Source of the DNA: a virus
Direction: 5' to 3' (one strand)
IMG/VR virus record: IMGVR_UViG_3300005573_001011
Location: 32,001-96,000 of that record
Length of the DNA: 64,000 nt
Each line of letters begins with the position of its first letter. The stretch's first letter is position 1. The notes under the pieces are model-generated. The model saw only the letters and a list, made by a program, of their open reading frames with translations. It made no database searches and had not been told where the DNA came from. Position numbers and translations under genes: made by a program. This document shows, one piece after another, positions 10,035 to 19,221 of this stretch.

Positions 10035-10331
10035 ATGAAAGTAACAGAACTAGACGGCTCAATTAAGCTAGAACATATTCAAAAGAATGAAGATCTACTA
10101 CGAAGAATAGTTCCAAGACTTAAGCGGCTTAGTAGCAAGCTTTCTTTTTCTGCTTCGAGTCGTAAGCAAGAAGAGCGGTTAAGACAGCTTGAGCAAAAGC
10201 TAGTTAAGCAAAAAGAGTTACTCTCAGAAGCTCTTCGCTTGAAAAACGAGTTCGATAATCGTATCCAGTTTTTCGAAAACGAAAACAGAAGCGTTAAAGA
10301 GAAGCTGCTAGAAGAGATAGGTGAAGTATGA
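10035..10331 (+). CDS. Coiled-coil protein
   Basis: Heptad-rich ORF between protease and capsid genes. Confidence 0.65.
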   Translation: MKVTELDGSIKLEHIQKNEDLLRRIVPRLKRLSSKLSFSASSRKQEERLRQLEQKLVKQKELLSEALRLKNEFDNRIQFFENENRSVKEKLLEEIGEV

Positions 10332-10723
10332 AAATAGCGGAAACTTGTATACTAGACATCTCTGAAGATGTAGCTAAAGAAAAAGTAGCTCTTGCTAATG
10401 ACGTTATAAAGTTAGTTGGACCAATCTTAAGAGAAGATTTTTTACTTAGAAGCAAGAGAATACGAGAAGTTAAGAAAGAAATTGTCTCAGTCAAGAAACA
10501 ATTGCAAGAAACTAAAAATGCGTTAGAGACTATCGCAAAAGAGTACAAGAGAAGGAAGAAAGTTAGAGAAGTATTGCAGTGGATAGAAAAACTTCCGTTA
10601 AAGTCAGTAAGTAAGTCTTTAAGAAACGAACTTGTAGTTCTCTTAAAAGTAGTAGAGACTATGAGTGAAGATAAGTTAGATCGTTACTTAGCTAGGACAA
10701 GAAGCTTTGCAACAAAAAACTAA
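10328..10723 (+). CDS. Coiled-coil protein, possible prohead core component
   Basis: ATGA overlap; lies immediately upstream of the capsid gene. Confidence 0.6.
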   Translation: MKIAETCILDISEDVAKEKVALANDVIKLVGPILREDFLLRSKRIREVKKEIVSVKKQLQETKNALETIAKEYKRRKKVREVLQWIEKLPLKSVSKSLRNELVVLLKVVETMSEDKLDRYLARTRSFATKN

Positions 10724-10749
10724 AAAAAGAAAGGAGGGGAGAAAAAAGT

Positions 10750-12198
10750 ATGAAGGAAATTCTTATTGAGGCTTACAAGGCTACGAAGAAAGTTTCTGGT
10801 GTTGATCCTTCGAAACCCGGCAATTTAAAGCTCATCCTCACTGACGATGCTGCTTGGAATGCTTACGTCGCCAGTTTAGCGGAGAGCTTGCCGCAGAAGA
10901 GGGACAAAGAAATCTTCACGCAGCTGGCTGAGAATACTCGAGTAGCCTTAATGGAAAACTCGATGTTCCAGATCAATCCATACGAAACCTTGACTCTGCC
11001 TATTTTGAGAGTCTTCTATCCGAAGCTCGTTGCTAAAGAGGCGATCACGGTTTCTCCTATGGATAAACCCGAATGCGTGAAAGCTTTCATTAAGGCTTCG
11101 TTTATGCCAGCGAACAGTTCTACCGAATATGCCGCACCAGTTACTTCTACTGACATTTCTGGTGGGCCAGCTTTTGGAACTCCAGTAGCTGCTACTATTC
11201 CAGTTCCGTCTGATTCTTACGACATTCTGACAACTGCTGGTCTTACGTCCACAAGCACTCACTTAGAAAGAGACTTCGAAATTACTGCTGTTTCCGCTGA
11301 CGGGACAGCTTTCACCGAAGTTTCTATCGTTCCAGCAGTAGAAGGACACTTCTCATCTTCGGTTACTATTGGTGCGAACACGGACGTGATCTCTGGTCGT
11401 GTAGACTACTTGAATGGCACAGTGTCAATTTCTAGTGCGACTGGGGTAGTGACTGTTGTGAGATTTAGAGTGACTTGTTCTCTCGAAGAAAATAGGATCA
11501 ACCCAAGGGTGAAATTAACTGTAGACAAAGTTCGTCTGTATGCCAAAGATCGCCAGATCTCCGCTCATTGGAGCATCAATATGGAGCAAGATATGCGAGC
11601 TCTATTTGATGTTTCTATGCAGGCTGAGATCGTAAACCTGCTTGGGCAGCAGATTGCTTTGGACATTGACAGGGAATTAGTAAACGCTTTAATTACTGCG
11701 AACCAGAGATTAAACGCTGCTTCTCACACTGGTTCGTTCTCGAGAACTCCGCCTGGGACTTACGTCTGGGGAACCAAGTACTGGCATGAAAACATCATTC
11801 CGGTACTGAACACTCTGTCTGCTCAGATCTACACTGACACCAATATTGAGGCTGGTAATACCATCCTCTGCAATCCAATTGATGCTGCTATTCTGGAAGA
11901 CATCAATGGATTTGCTTATACTGGGACGTCAAGTGTGGATGGCGACTTGGGGTACAGAACTGCTACAGTGGCTGGTGGGAAATGGAGAGTGTTGACCTCT
12001 GCCGTTGTTCCTCAGAATACAATGGTAGTGGTGTATAAGCCAGTAGAAGAAATTAAGGCTATATTCTTCTATGCTCCGTATGTACCAGCCGTGTTGCACC
12101 CATATCCTTTAACTTACATTCCCACGCTGACGATTTTGTCCCGTTATGCTACTGCTTTGGTCCGGAATAACGGGATTGCTGTTCTGAACATAACATAA
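10750..12198 (+). CDS. Major capsid protein, T4 gp23-like
   Basis: 'WSINMEQDMRA', 'IALDIDRELV' and 'FFYAPYVP' motifs; strong RBS; terminator follows. Confidence 0.9.
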   Translation: MKEILIEAYKATKKVSGVDPSKPGNLKLILTDDAAWNAYVASLAESLPQKRDKEIFTQLAENTRVALMENSMFQINPYETLTLPILRVFYPKLVAKEAITVSPMDKPECVKAFIKASFMPANSSTEYAAPVTSTDISGGPAFGTPVAATIPVPSDSYDILTTAGLTSTSTHLERDFEITAVSADGTAFTEVSIVPAVEGHFSSSVTIGANTDVISGRVDYLNGTVSISSATGVVTVVRFRVTCSLEENRINPRVKLTVDKVRLYAKDRQISAHWSINMEQDMRALFDVSMQAEIVNLLGQQIALDIDRELVNALITANQRLNAASHTGSFSRTPPGTYVWGTKYWHENIIPVLNTLSAQIYTDTNIEAGNTILCNPIDAAILEDINGFAYTGTSSVDGDLGYRTATVAGGKWRVLTSAVVPQNTMVVVYKPVEEIKAIFFYAPYVPAVLHPYPLTYIPTLTILSRYATALVRNNGIAVLNIT

Positions 12199-12212
12199 TC
12201 GTCGGAAGTGGC

Positions 12213-12256
12213 AAAAAATAAAGACCCAGGGACTTAAATCCTTGGGTCTTTTTTTT
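12213..12256. terminator. Bidirectional terminator
   Basis: aagacccaggga/tccttgggtctt stem flanked by an A-run and a T-run, between convergent genes. Confidence 0.85.
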
Positions 12257-12269
12257 CGGCTCGTTTAAG

Positions 12270-14192
12270 CTATTCTTGTTTATCTACTTGCAAATCTTTA
12301 TTCTTAAGCACAAACTTTAGATTGCCACAATCCCAAATTATTTGGTAGCCTTCGTTTACTCGCAAAACACGTTCTGGGATATCTGCTGGTTCACCAGGCT
12401 TCTTTCTGAGATTGAAACGATGGACTCTTTGGTATCCCTTTACATACCAGTAGTTAAGTCTCGGTTTACCGTCTGTCTCAAAACCGAGATCTGTATACAA
12501 GTTTCCAGTAAACCATCTTAGGTCTGCGTAGCTATAGATTTCTCTCCAACTGTAGTTTTCTTTAAAGTAAGTTAGAAGTTTGCTCGCTACTCCTGGAGTT
12601 CTGTAGTTGTAGTCAGAACAGAACCGAGAGAGTTCCCAAATTCCTTCTTGTGCTGTAGTTCCCTTTGCTACGCTTCCTTTACTAAAAGTCATTACCGCTA
12701 CGAGTCTGTCTTTGTAGAGAGCACCGAGTCTGACGAGAGAAATGTCGCTTCCCTGTAAATGAAATTTTTCGAGGAATTCGTTCTTCGTTTTTGTGTCTAT
12801 CGGCCTTATCGTACACTCTCTTCCACTGGCTCTTTCGAGTGTTTCTTGTTTATTTAGTATCTGTCTTATTCTACTACAGACGATATCTCGTTTAAACATC
12901 CACTCGTCTTCGAAAAGAGTTATAAGTCGTATACCTTTTTCTTCGCATCTCTTTAACTTGTTATAGTGGTATACTTTTGGCTTTTTCTCTTCACTATGGA
13001 AGTACAGACCACAGTATTCGATTGCTACTGAAACACTTGGAATGAAGATGTCAATCTCAAAAGGTGGTATAGTACTCCTGTCTCTTGTAATTACTTGGAA
13101 GCCAAGGCTCTCTACGTAGTTAGCTACTTCTTTTTCTCCGGAAGTGTATCCCTGGTTTCTCGGGTAGCACGTTGGGCACAAGTACCCTTGTTGGATAGAG
13201 TTCCACGTCTGAGCAAATGCTGTGCCACACTTCTTACACTTAAAGTTGTGTCTAGTGTGTGCATTTACGTACTTTTCGTCAGCAAGTTCTAAGTTTAAGT
13301 ATTCGAGTTGCTTGTAGATGCTGGGCAAAAAATAATTTTGAGCTCTTTCTCTTAGCTTGTTTCTGTATTCTTCTTTATTCCACTTACTATTTGGGTCTTT
13401 CCATAGCTGCTTCATTTTTTCTTTGAACTCTTTGCTTTTTGTCTTCTGTCTGGGATGGCAAACTTCGCACTTGTATCCAAGATGTATAGCACGCCAACTT
13501 TTCACGAATGTAGTGCCACACTTCTTGCACTTGAACTGGTGTTTTGCAGATGCACCCAGAAACTCTTTATCTATAAGTTCTAGCTCTAAACTTTCTAGCT
13601 TCTGCATTAACTTTGGAATAAACTTCTTTATGTAAGAGTTTCTGTACTTTTTAGCGAACTCTTTCCTGTCTAAGTTTTCTAGCCTCTTTTCTCTAGACTT
13701 CTTAGCCACTTCTTCATTCATCATGGCAACAGGCACACCAAATCTCTTTAGAACTGTTTCTTTCCTTTTTTCTGCAATTATCCGTCTTTCTTCTTCTGTT
13801 TTCTGCAACCACCTTTGCCGTCTCTTTTCTACAACACTTGGATCGTGGCTTGGATTTAACTGTCCCTTTTCTGCTCGTTCTTTAGCTCTAGCTTGGTTAA
13901 GACTTAGCAAGCCCTTGCTCTTACACTCGTAGCAAGCGTTTCCAGAGTTAGAACAATTAATATTTACTTCAATATCTGCATTGCAATACATGCATTTTAC
14001 AATTTTAGTCGTGTTTTCTTTAGCTTTTTTGTCAGACTTTAGTTGTTCAATAACGAAGTCTGGTTTAGTCTTCCATCCTGGGAATTCGTCCTTCAGGTCG
14101 TCGATTGTTTTGTCATGCTTAGACAAGTGTTTGTGGTGTATAGTTTTAAGTCTCTCACCACAGTACGGACACGTTACGAAATCTTCTGGCAT
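12270..14192 (-). CDS. Free-standing homing-endonuclease-like protein (Zn ribbons + PD-(D/E)XK nuclease + GNAT-like C-terminal domain)
   Basis: Repeated CxxC pairs, 'EIDIFIP..VAIEYCGLYFH', 'FEDEW', 'WELSRFC', 'YSYADLRW', 'IWDCG'. Confidence 0.75.
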   Translation of the reverse strand: MPEDFVTCPYCGERLKTIHHKHLSKHDKTIDDLKDEFPGWKTKPDFVIEQLKSDKKAKENTTKIVKCMYCNADIEVNINCSNSGNACYECKSKGLLSLNQARAKERAEKGQLNPSHDPSVVEKRRQRWLQKTEEERRIIAEKRKETVLKRFGVPVAMMNEEVAKKSREKRLENLDRKEFAKKYRNSYIKKFIPKLMQKLESLELELIDKEFLGASAKHQFKCKKCGTTFVKSWRAIHLGYKCEVCHPRQKTKSKEFKEKMKQLWKDPNSKWNKEEYRNKLRERAQNYFLPSIYKQLEYLNLELADEKYVNAHTRHNFKCKKCGTAFAQTWNSIQQGYLCPTCYPRNQGYTSGEKEVANYVESLGFQVITRDRSTIPPFEIDIFIPSVSVAIEYCGLYFHSEEKKPKVYHYNKLKRCEEKGIRLITLFEDEWMFKRDIVCSRIRQILNKQETLERASGRECTIRPIDTKTKNEFLEKFHLQGSDISLVRLGALYKDRLVAVMTFSKGSVAKGTTAQEGIWELSRFCSDYNYRTPGVASKLLTYFKENYSWREIYSYADLRWFTGNLYTDLGFETDGKPRLNYWYVKGYQRVHRFNLRKKPGEPADIPERVLRVNEGYQIIWDCGNLKFVLKNKDLQVDKQE

Positions 14193-14300
14193 TCATTTTT
14201 CCTCAATTTTTTGTTCCTGTTTTTTGCCGTTATGCTTATGGCAGTTCTTCCAAATTGGTTTTGTGCTTGTTTTAACCTCACATAATAAAAAAAGAAAAAG

Positions 14301-14327
14301 AAAAACCCCGGGTTCGGGGTTTTTTTT
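14301..14327. terminator. Bidirectional terminator
   Basis: aaaaaccccg-ggtt-cggggttttttt. Confidence 0.8.
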
Positions 14328-14364
14328 AACTGTTCCAATCCGTCAATTTCACTAGTGGAAGAAC

Positions 14365-14547
14365 TTATTCCTTTTTCTCCTTTTCCTCCTTTTCTTTATT
14401 TCCAATATAGTCCCAGTCGCTAAAGCAACTAGGGCAGGTGATTGTTCCACGATCTTTCCACGGGATCTTTTCTGTATACTTATACAAGATCCCGTCCACA
14501 AAGGCGTGCTCTTGACTACCGCAGCACCAGAACTCAAACTTTCTCAT
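14365..14547 (-). CDS. Small Cys-containing hypothetical protein
   Basis: GGAGG RBS; CC...CPSC. Confidence 0.6.
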   Translation of the reverse strand: MRKFEFWCCGSQEHAFVDGILYKYTEKIPWKDRGTITCPSCFSDWDYIGNKEKEEKEKKE

Positions 14548-14878
14548 TTTTTCTTACCTCCTTTCTTATGAGCCTGGTCACAGCAACGATTCTCCCTTGA
14601 TCGTCCCGGATGCACGTCTTTCCTGTGTCCGGGGCAACCAGGTCCTCCCTTTCGCTCGCCTGGAATACAAGCGAGCTCACCAGGAAGAAAGTCCCAGGTT
14701 CAGGATCAGGTAATCCCTGCACTTCGCCCAATCTCTGGGTAACGCAAGGGATTCCGTCAATCCCTTCCGCTGGAACCTCAATCGTTGCTACACGCGGGAT
14801 GATCCCGCTTGGAGGAAAAACTAATTCCTTTTCTCCTATCTTAATAATAATAGAATGTGGTGTACAATTTATCATCAT
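14534..14878 (-). CDS. Conserved phage hypothetical protein (INCTPH-type)
   Basis: 'INCTPHSI...GLPDPEPGTFFLVS...RDDQGRIV'; GGAGGCAG RBS. Confidence 0.8.
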   Translation of the reverse strand: MMINCTPHSIIIKIGEKELVFPPSGIIPRVATIEVPAEGIDGIPCVTQRLGEVQGLPDPEPGTFFLVSSLVFQASEREDLVAPDTGKTCIRDDQGRIVAVTRLIRKEVRKNEKV

Positions 14879-15058
14879 TTTCTGCCTCCTTTTCTTTTAT
14901 TTTTCTAAATAGAAATATAGCAAAACTCACTTTTTGTAAGAAGCTAACCATGATTTGTCAGTGGCACAAGGTTGCGCCCATTATTTTTGACCACCTTATA
15001 ACAGTATTTCGTTGTCATTTTCTGCCTCCTTTTTGCTTCTGATGTCTTTATTTGCTCC

Positions 15059-15397
15059 TCAATTTCTCTCTTGATTCTGTAATAATTCTATAAATTTACT
15101 TGCTGTTATGTTTATTTCTTTATAAGTGCTCCTACTTTCTTGTCTTAGTCTAATTCTTTCGACTGCACGGGGATTGCCCCCGACAACCGTGATTCCGAAC
15201 TTTCTATACTTCGGATTGGCAAAATCAAAGAACCACACATTGTTTTCGAATATATTGTTTGTAACTTCCTCCCCAGCGAATATCTCTGCAGCTTCTCTTG
15301 GAGAACCTGCTTCGATTTCACTGAAGCAAAGGGGATATGTATACTGACCAACTTGACTGTGCTAACAACACATATTTAACTCTACAATATATTTCAT
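15059..15397 (-). pseudogene. Accessory gene interrupted by an in-frame TAG at codon 12
   Basis: GGAGG RBS + ATG; MKYIVELNMCC*HSQVGQY... then about 100 open codons. Confidence 0.55.
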
Positions 15398-15494
15398 TTT
15401 TTGCCTCCTTATTTACATGCAACTTTTTGTGCCAACAGTTGTGCTTGTTTTAACCCTACACGCACCCCCAGGATTATCTTCGAAGCATCCAACA

Positions 15495-15740
15495 TTAGCT
15501 TGCTGACAATTCTTCATCAGCTGCTTTCGGTGTTTCTGCTGGGGTCACTGCGTTTGCTATATCTGTTGGATTTACGGCATTCCGGATATATTCTTGTTCG
15601 ACACCACTTGGATCCTTGTGGTATCGGACTAGTTCGTATGCAACTGTTCGGATATCCGTAAACACAACTTCTTGGCATCCGACAGTTACCAAGAACCCAT
15701 TTAGTACCGGCTTTATTGTTATTCTTTTTATTCTGTTCAT
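15495..15740 (-). CDS. Hypothetical protein
   Basis: AAGGAG RBS, 81 aa. Confidence 0.65.
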   Translation of the reverse strand: MNRIKRITIKPVLNGFLVTVGCQEVVFTDIRTVAYELVRYHKDPSGVEQEYIRNAVNPTDIANAVTPAETPKAADEELSAS

Positions 15741-15829
15741 TTAATTATTATCTCCTTTCTTGGTTTTTGGCATTTATTTTTCTCTTAGACATCCTTTCCA
15801 GACTTTAAAGGGAGGGGCAAACTTCTTCG

Positions 15830-16021
15830 TTATCTCTGCCCTCCTTCCAATTGGTTAGTCAGCTTGTTCCGTGATTTACAATACTGCTTTATCCTCATTT
15901 CTACTTTTTTTCGACATCTATCACACATTCCGTACGTTATTGCGGGTCCGTCATGGTTTTCCCATACGCTCGCTTCGACGACTTTATTGCAGTGAACGCA
16001 TCTTTTTACTTTAGTCTCCAT
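15830..16021 (-). CDS. Small Zn-finger protein
   Basis: CVHC...GMCDRC; GGAGG RBS. Confidence 0.7.
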   Translation of the reverse strand: METKVKRCVHCNKVVEASVWENHDGPAITYGMCDRCRKKVEMRIKQYCKSRNKLTNQLEGGQR

Positions 16022-16023
16022 TT

Positions 16024-16323
16024 TTAACTCCTCCTTTCGCTGTAAGTAAATTCTTGATTTTTTAGAGGCTGAACCTCATAGTAGACTATCTCTAAGGTGC
16101 TTCTTCCGCACTTTGGGCAAACTCGTGATGTAGGTGCCTCATGAAGCGATTTTTCGAAAGTACATGTGCGGCACAATACTACGAAGACTTGTTTCTGCTT
16201 TTTCTCCTGTTCCTCTAACTCGCGTATTGCATCGCTTAGAGTTTCTTTCGCAAGTTTGACGTTGCCTTTTTCCAGCAGGAATAGTAGCAGCCGGAACAAT
16301 GAAAGCATAGGTGTCTTAGGCAT
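16024..16323 (-). CDS. Zn-ribbon protein (start reassigned to 16323)
   Basis: GAAGGAG RBS before MPKTP; CRTC...CPKC. Confidence 0.65.
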   Translation of the reverse strand: MPKTPMLSLFRLLLFLLEKGNVKLAKETLSDAIRELEEQEKKQKQVFVVLCRTCTFEKSLHEAPTSRVCPKCGRSTLEIVYYEVQPLKNQEFTYSERRS

Positions 16324-16324
16324 C

Positions 16325-16576
16325 TTAGTCTCCTTCGTGGTGTTTGAGAGTGGCTGCCGAAGTTGGGTCGAGCTCAGCAAGCTGCTTTTTGAGTTTACGG
16401 ATACGAACTTCTTTCGACCCTTTGGAAATGATGTAGTATAATACACCAATGAAGCCGACAAGAAGCCCTACCGCAAGGGCAATCCACTCGTTTTTACCCT
16501 TGCTCTTAGCGATCCCAAAACAAATGAGACCGCATGCAACCCACGTTACCAAAAGTCCTACTGTCCCGTTGTCCAT
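16325..16576 (-). CDS. Small two-TM membrane protein
   Basis: Two hydrophobic helices flanking AKSKGKN; GGAGG RBS. Confidence 0.75.
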   Translation of the reverse strand: MDNGTVGLLVTWVACGLICFGIAKSKGKNEWIALAVGLLVGFIGVLYYIISKGSKEVRIRKLKKQLAELDPTSAATLKHHEGD

Positions 16577-16658
16577 TGTTTCCTCCTTTTTTAGTTTTTT
16601 TTGCCTTGCATATTTAAAACTAAAAGTTTACTTTTTCGTTTTTTTTACACTCGTTAAG

Positions 16659-16874
16659 TTAGTCAGTTTCACTGTCTTCGTATTCTTCACATTCTGACTC
16701 TTCGCATGAGAAATAGTTTTCTTCAAGAAGATTGTCATCGTCTCGTTCTACTTCTAGAGTAGTAAGCGGAAAGACATCCCAGTTCTCTTCTTCAACCGTA
16801 GTGCGAAGCTCACGTAAAACTCGTTGCTGGGCTTCGGGCTTCAGGTCGTCGAAGAATATTTCAACACTTCTCAT
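16659..16874 (-). CDS. Small acidic hypothetical protein
   Basis: GGAGGTG RBS; 'IFFDDLKPEAQ...NWDVFPL'. Confidence 0.7.
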   Translation of the reverse strand: MRSVEIFFDDLKPEAQQRVLRELRTTVEEENWDVFPLTTLEVERDDDNLLEENYFSCEESECEEYEDSETD

Positions 16875-17037
16875 TTCAATTCACCTCCTATAATAAAGAT
16901 AGAACTGCCCCTTGCTCGACGAGAAACAAGGAGGCAGAAAAACTCGTCTCTCTTTTTTGCAAGGGGCAGCAACTACACCAAGAATCTTTGATGAGAACAA
17001 ATACATAGAGTACTGTCGAAGAAAGGAGAAACTAACA

Positions 17038-17721
17038 ATGAATTATTACGACGAAACTACAGGCTTTGCGATATGTCAAGTTTGCGGAAAACCGTTTAAC
17101 AAGATAACTCCACTGCACCTTAAATCGCACAATATGACGATCGCTGAGTATAAAGAGAAGTTTCCGGAAGCCCCGATCACTGGTAAAAGTTACGGAGCTA
17201 TCCTCAAAGCTAAGCGTTCTTTGCTATTCACTACCAAAGCCAACGAAACCAACGAAACCAACGAAGTCAAAAAAGAGTGGCAAGAAGAAGTGTACGACGC
17301 ACCAGAACACGTTCCGACTCGCTTTCCCCAAATTGAAGAATTAGAAAAGCAAGTGAAAGAACTGGAGGTTCGTAGGAAACTAGTAGAAAGGCGTCCTACG
17401 AATCCTTTTGAGACATACTTTGCCGGTGATGCAAAAAAGAAGCTTTTCGAGCAGTTGCTAGCTAAGTTCCCAGACTTACGGAATAACTTCTTTGTCGAGA
17501 AAGTTACTCCTCTTGGTCATCTCGTCTACAGGTATGTTACTGACATGGCGGACCCAGTTCGAAAAATTGTTTTCGACTTTCCCAATACATTCTGGCACAA
17601 CTCAGATCCAACTGCTATTGGGCGTAATACAGTACTAGAAAAAGATGGGTGGACGGTGATAGAAGTTCGTTCACCCAATCCTTCCCTTGCGGAAGTACTA
17701 AGACTTCTGCGTTTGCGTTAG
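17038..17721 (+). CDS. Zn-finger + Vsr/DUF559-like nuclease-domain protein
   Basis: AAGGAG RBS before ATG 17038; CQVC...HLKSH; 'FDFPNTFWH...LEKDGWTVIEV'. Confidence 0.6.
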   Translation: MNYYDETTGFAICQVCGKPFNKITPLHLKSHNMTIAEYKEKFPEAPITGKSYGAILKAKRSLLFTTKANETNETNEVKKEWQEEVYDAPEHVPTRFPQIEELEKQVKELEVRRKLVERRPTNPFETYFAGDAKKKLFEQLLAKFPDLRNNFFVEKVTPLGHLVYRYVTDMADPVRKIVFDFPNTFWHNSDPTAIGRNTVLEKDGWTVIEVRSPNPSLAEVLRLLRLR

Positions 17722-17829
17722 GATCTCGTATTCTACAAGTTCGAGCTGCCCATTGCACTTCGGGCACTTTTCTCGGTATGGATAGCTACTACGCAACTTA
17801 TGTCCACACTTGCAAACGTATACAAACAT
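17698..17829 (-). CDS. 43-aa Zn-ribbon protein (not in the ORF track)
   Basis: MFVYVCKCGHKLRSSYPYREKCPKCNGQLELVEYEILTQTQKS; GGAGG RBS and CTATATATATTT upstream. Confidence 0.7.
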   Translation of the reverse strand: MFVYVCKCGHKLRSSYPYREKCPKCNGQLELVEYEILTQTQKS

Positions 17830-17985
17830 TTTTTTACCTCCTTTTTTCTTTTTTTACTTTAGTTGTAAAGAAATATATATAGAACTGTTCTGTTCTATAT
17901 GGCTCTTAACACGAAACTTAAGAGAACAAAAATAAAAGGCTTTTCCTGGCACGAATGGAAAAAATCGTAAGGAGATCGATTAAAA

Positions 17986-19203
17986 ATGGCAAACATTTAT
18001 CCTACCCAGACTAGAACTGTAGACCCTTACTCAGAGTATAATTCGAACATTGTAAATCGTTTAACTCGAATTGCTTCACTCGCTTATGACTCTCTACACG
18101 AAATAAGGGCACTCGATGTAGAAAAAGCTTCAGATACATCTGTAACTGTCAAGACTGGCACTTGCTATAAAGATGACGTCCTTATCCAAATCACTGATGA
18201 TTTTTCTGTAGACATGACTGACGAAGATTTCTACGTCTCTGGGCCGGCATGGAGTGAAGAAGGCTACTATCTAATAGTGTTAGATTACGTTTATGCAAAA
18301 GCAATGCCTCCTCCCAAAGCTTCTATAAAAATACTAAAACCAACTCAACACGCTCTCTTGACGGAACAGTACCTTTTCTTGAAGTGTGTAGAAGTAGAAT
18401 TTGTTGGTCCCTCTTTTAGGATAGTAGACGTCCATGACTACGTCCCGTCGAACGAGACTATTAGAAGAAACTATATACGCGTTTACGCTGGAGGTGAAGT
18501 TACTCTACCCAGTTTCGTGCTTGCTAGAGACGAAGGAAGATTTGTCTACGCAAAAAACAAGAAAGACTTGTACTTTGGGACTGACTCTGGTTGGGAATTT
18601 CTAGGTACAGTTAGAGATGCTATTGACACAACTTCATGCCAACTAGGTGATTTAGCTTATATAGCTTCTGACGGGAAAGCATATCCGGCGATTGCTACAA
18701 GTGCTACTACTTTAGCAAATTGTGCAGTTACATCAGTTGGACTAAAAAGTGATGGAACTGGCAGAGTGAGAATTCTCGGAAGACTAAGTAATGTAAGGGT
18801 AGAGACAGGAATCTCACTTTCTGTTGGTGACGATGTCTTCTTGTCTTCTAGTGAAGAAGGACGTATTACAAATGTAGCTCCTGCTCTTTTCCCTCAGTTT
18901 GTGGGTACTGTTATCGAAGTTTCTGGAAGTGACATAACAATATGGTTTACTCCTGACTTCGGTTTTTCTAGACCAAAATCAGTAAGAGCAACTCTGTTGA
19001 ATTGGTCTTCTTCTGGAGGATACTACTACTCAGATGTAGACGTCTCTGCAATAGGCAATAGTAATTCAGTGTGTTGTAAGTGCTTCGATAGCTCTACAAA
19101 AACTGAAATAATTCCTTACAAAGTAGAAATTGTAGATAAAAATACTTTGAGAGTGTGGATGCCAATAAATACGAAAACTCTAAATGTTCTTGTATCTGGT
19201 TAA
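17986..19203 (+). CDS. Virion structural protein (tail/baseplate-associated)
   Basis: Beta-rich, preceded by GAACAAA, first gene of the fibre operon. Confidence 0.55.
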   Translation: MANIYPTQTRTVDPYSEYNSNIVNRLTRIASLAYDSLHEIRALDVEKASDTSVTVKTGTCYKDDVLIQITDDFSVDMTDEDFYVSGPAWSEEGYYLIVLDYVYAKAMPPPKASIKILKPTQHALLTEQYLFLKCVEVEFVGPSFRIVDVHDYVPSNETIRRNYIRVYAGGEVTLPSFVLARDEGRFVYAKNKKDLYFGTDSGWEFLGTVRDAIDTTSCQLGDLAYIASDGKAYPAIATSATTLANCAVTSVGLKSDGTGRVRILGRLSNVRVETGISLSVGDDVFLSSSEEGRITNVAPALFPQFVGTVIEVSGSDITIWFTPDFGFSRPKSVRATLLNWSSSGGYYYSDVDVSAIGNSNSVCCKCFDSSTKTEIIPYKVEIVDKNTLRVWMPINTKTLNVLVSG

Positions 19204-19221
19204 TTTTAGTGGGGATCTTAC

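Noticed and set aside
16912-17037. N-terminal extension of ORF 16912
   Set aside because: It spans the hairpin and promoter motif. The RBS-supported start is ATG 17038.
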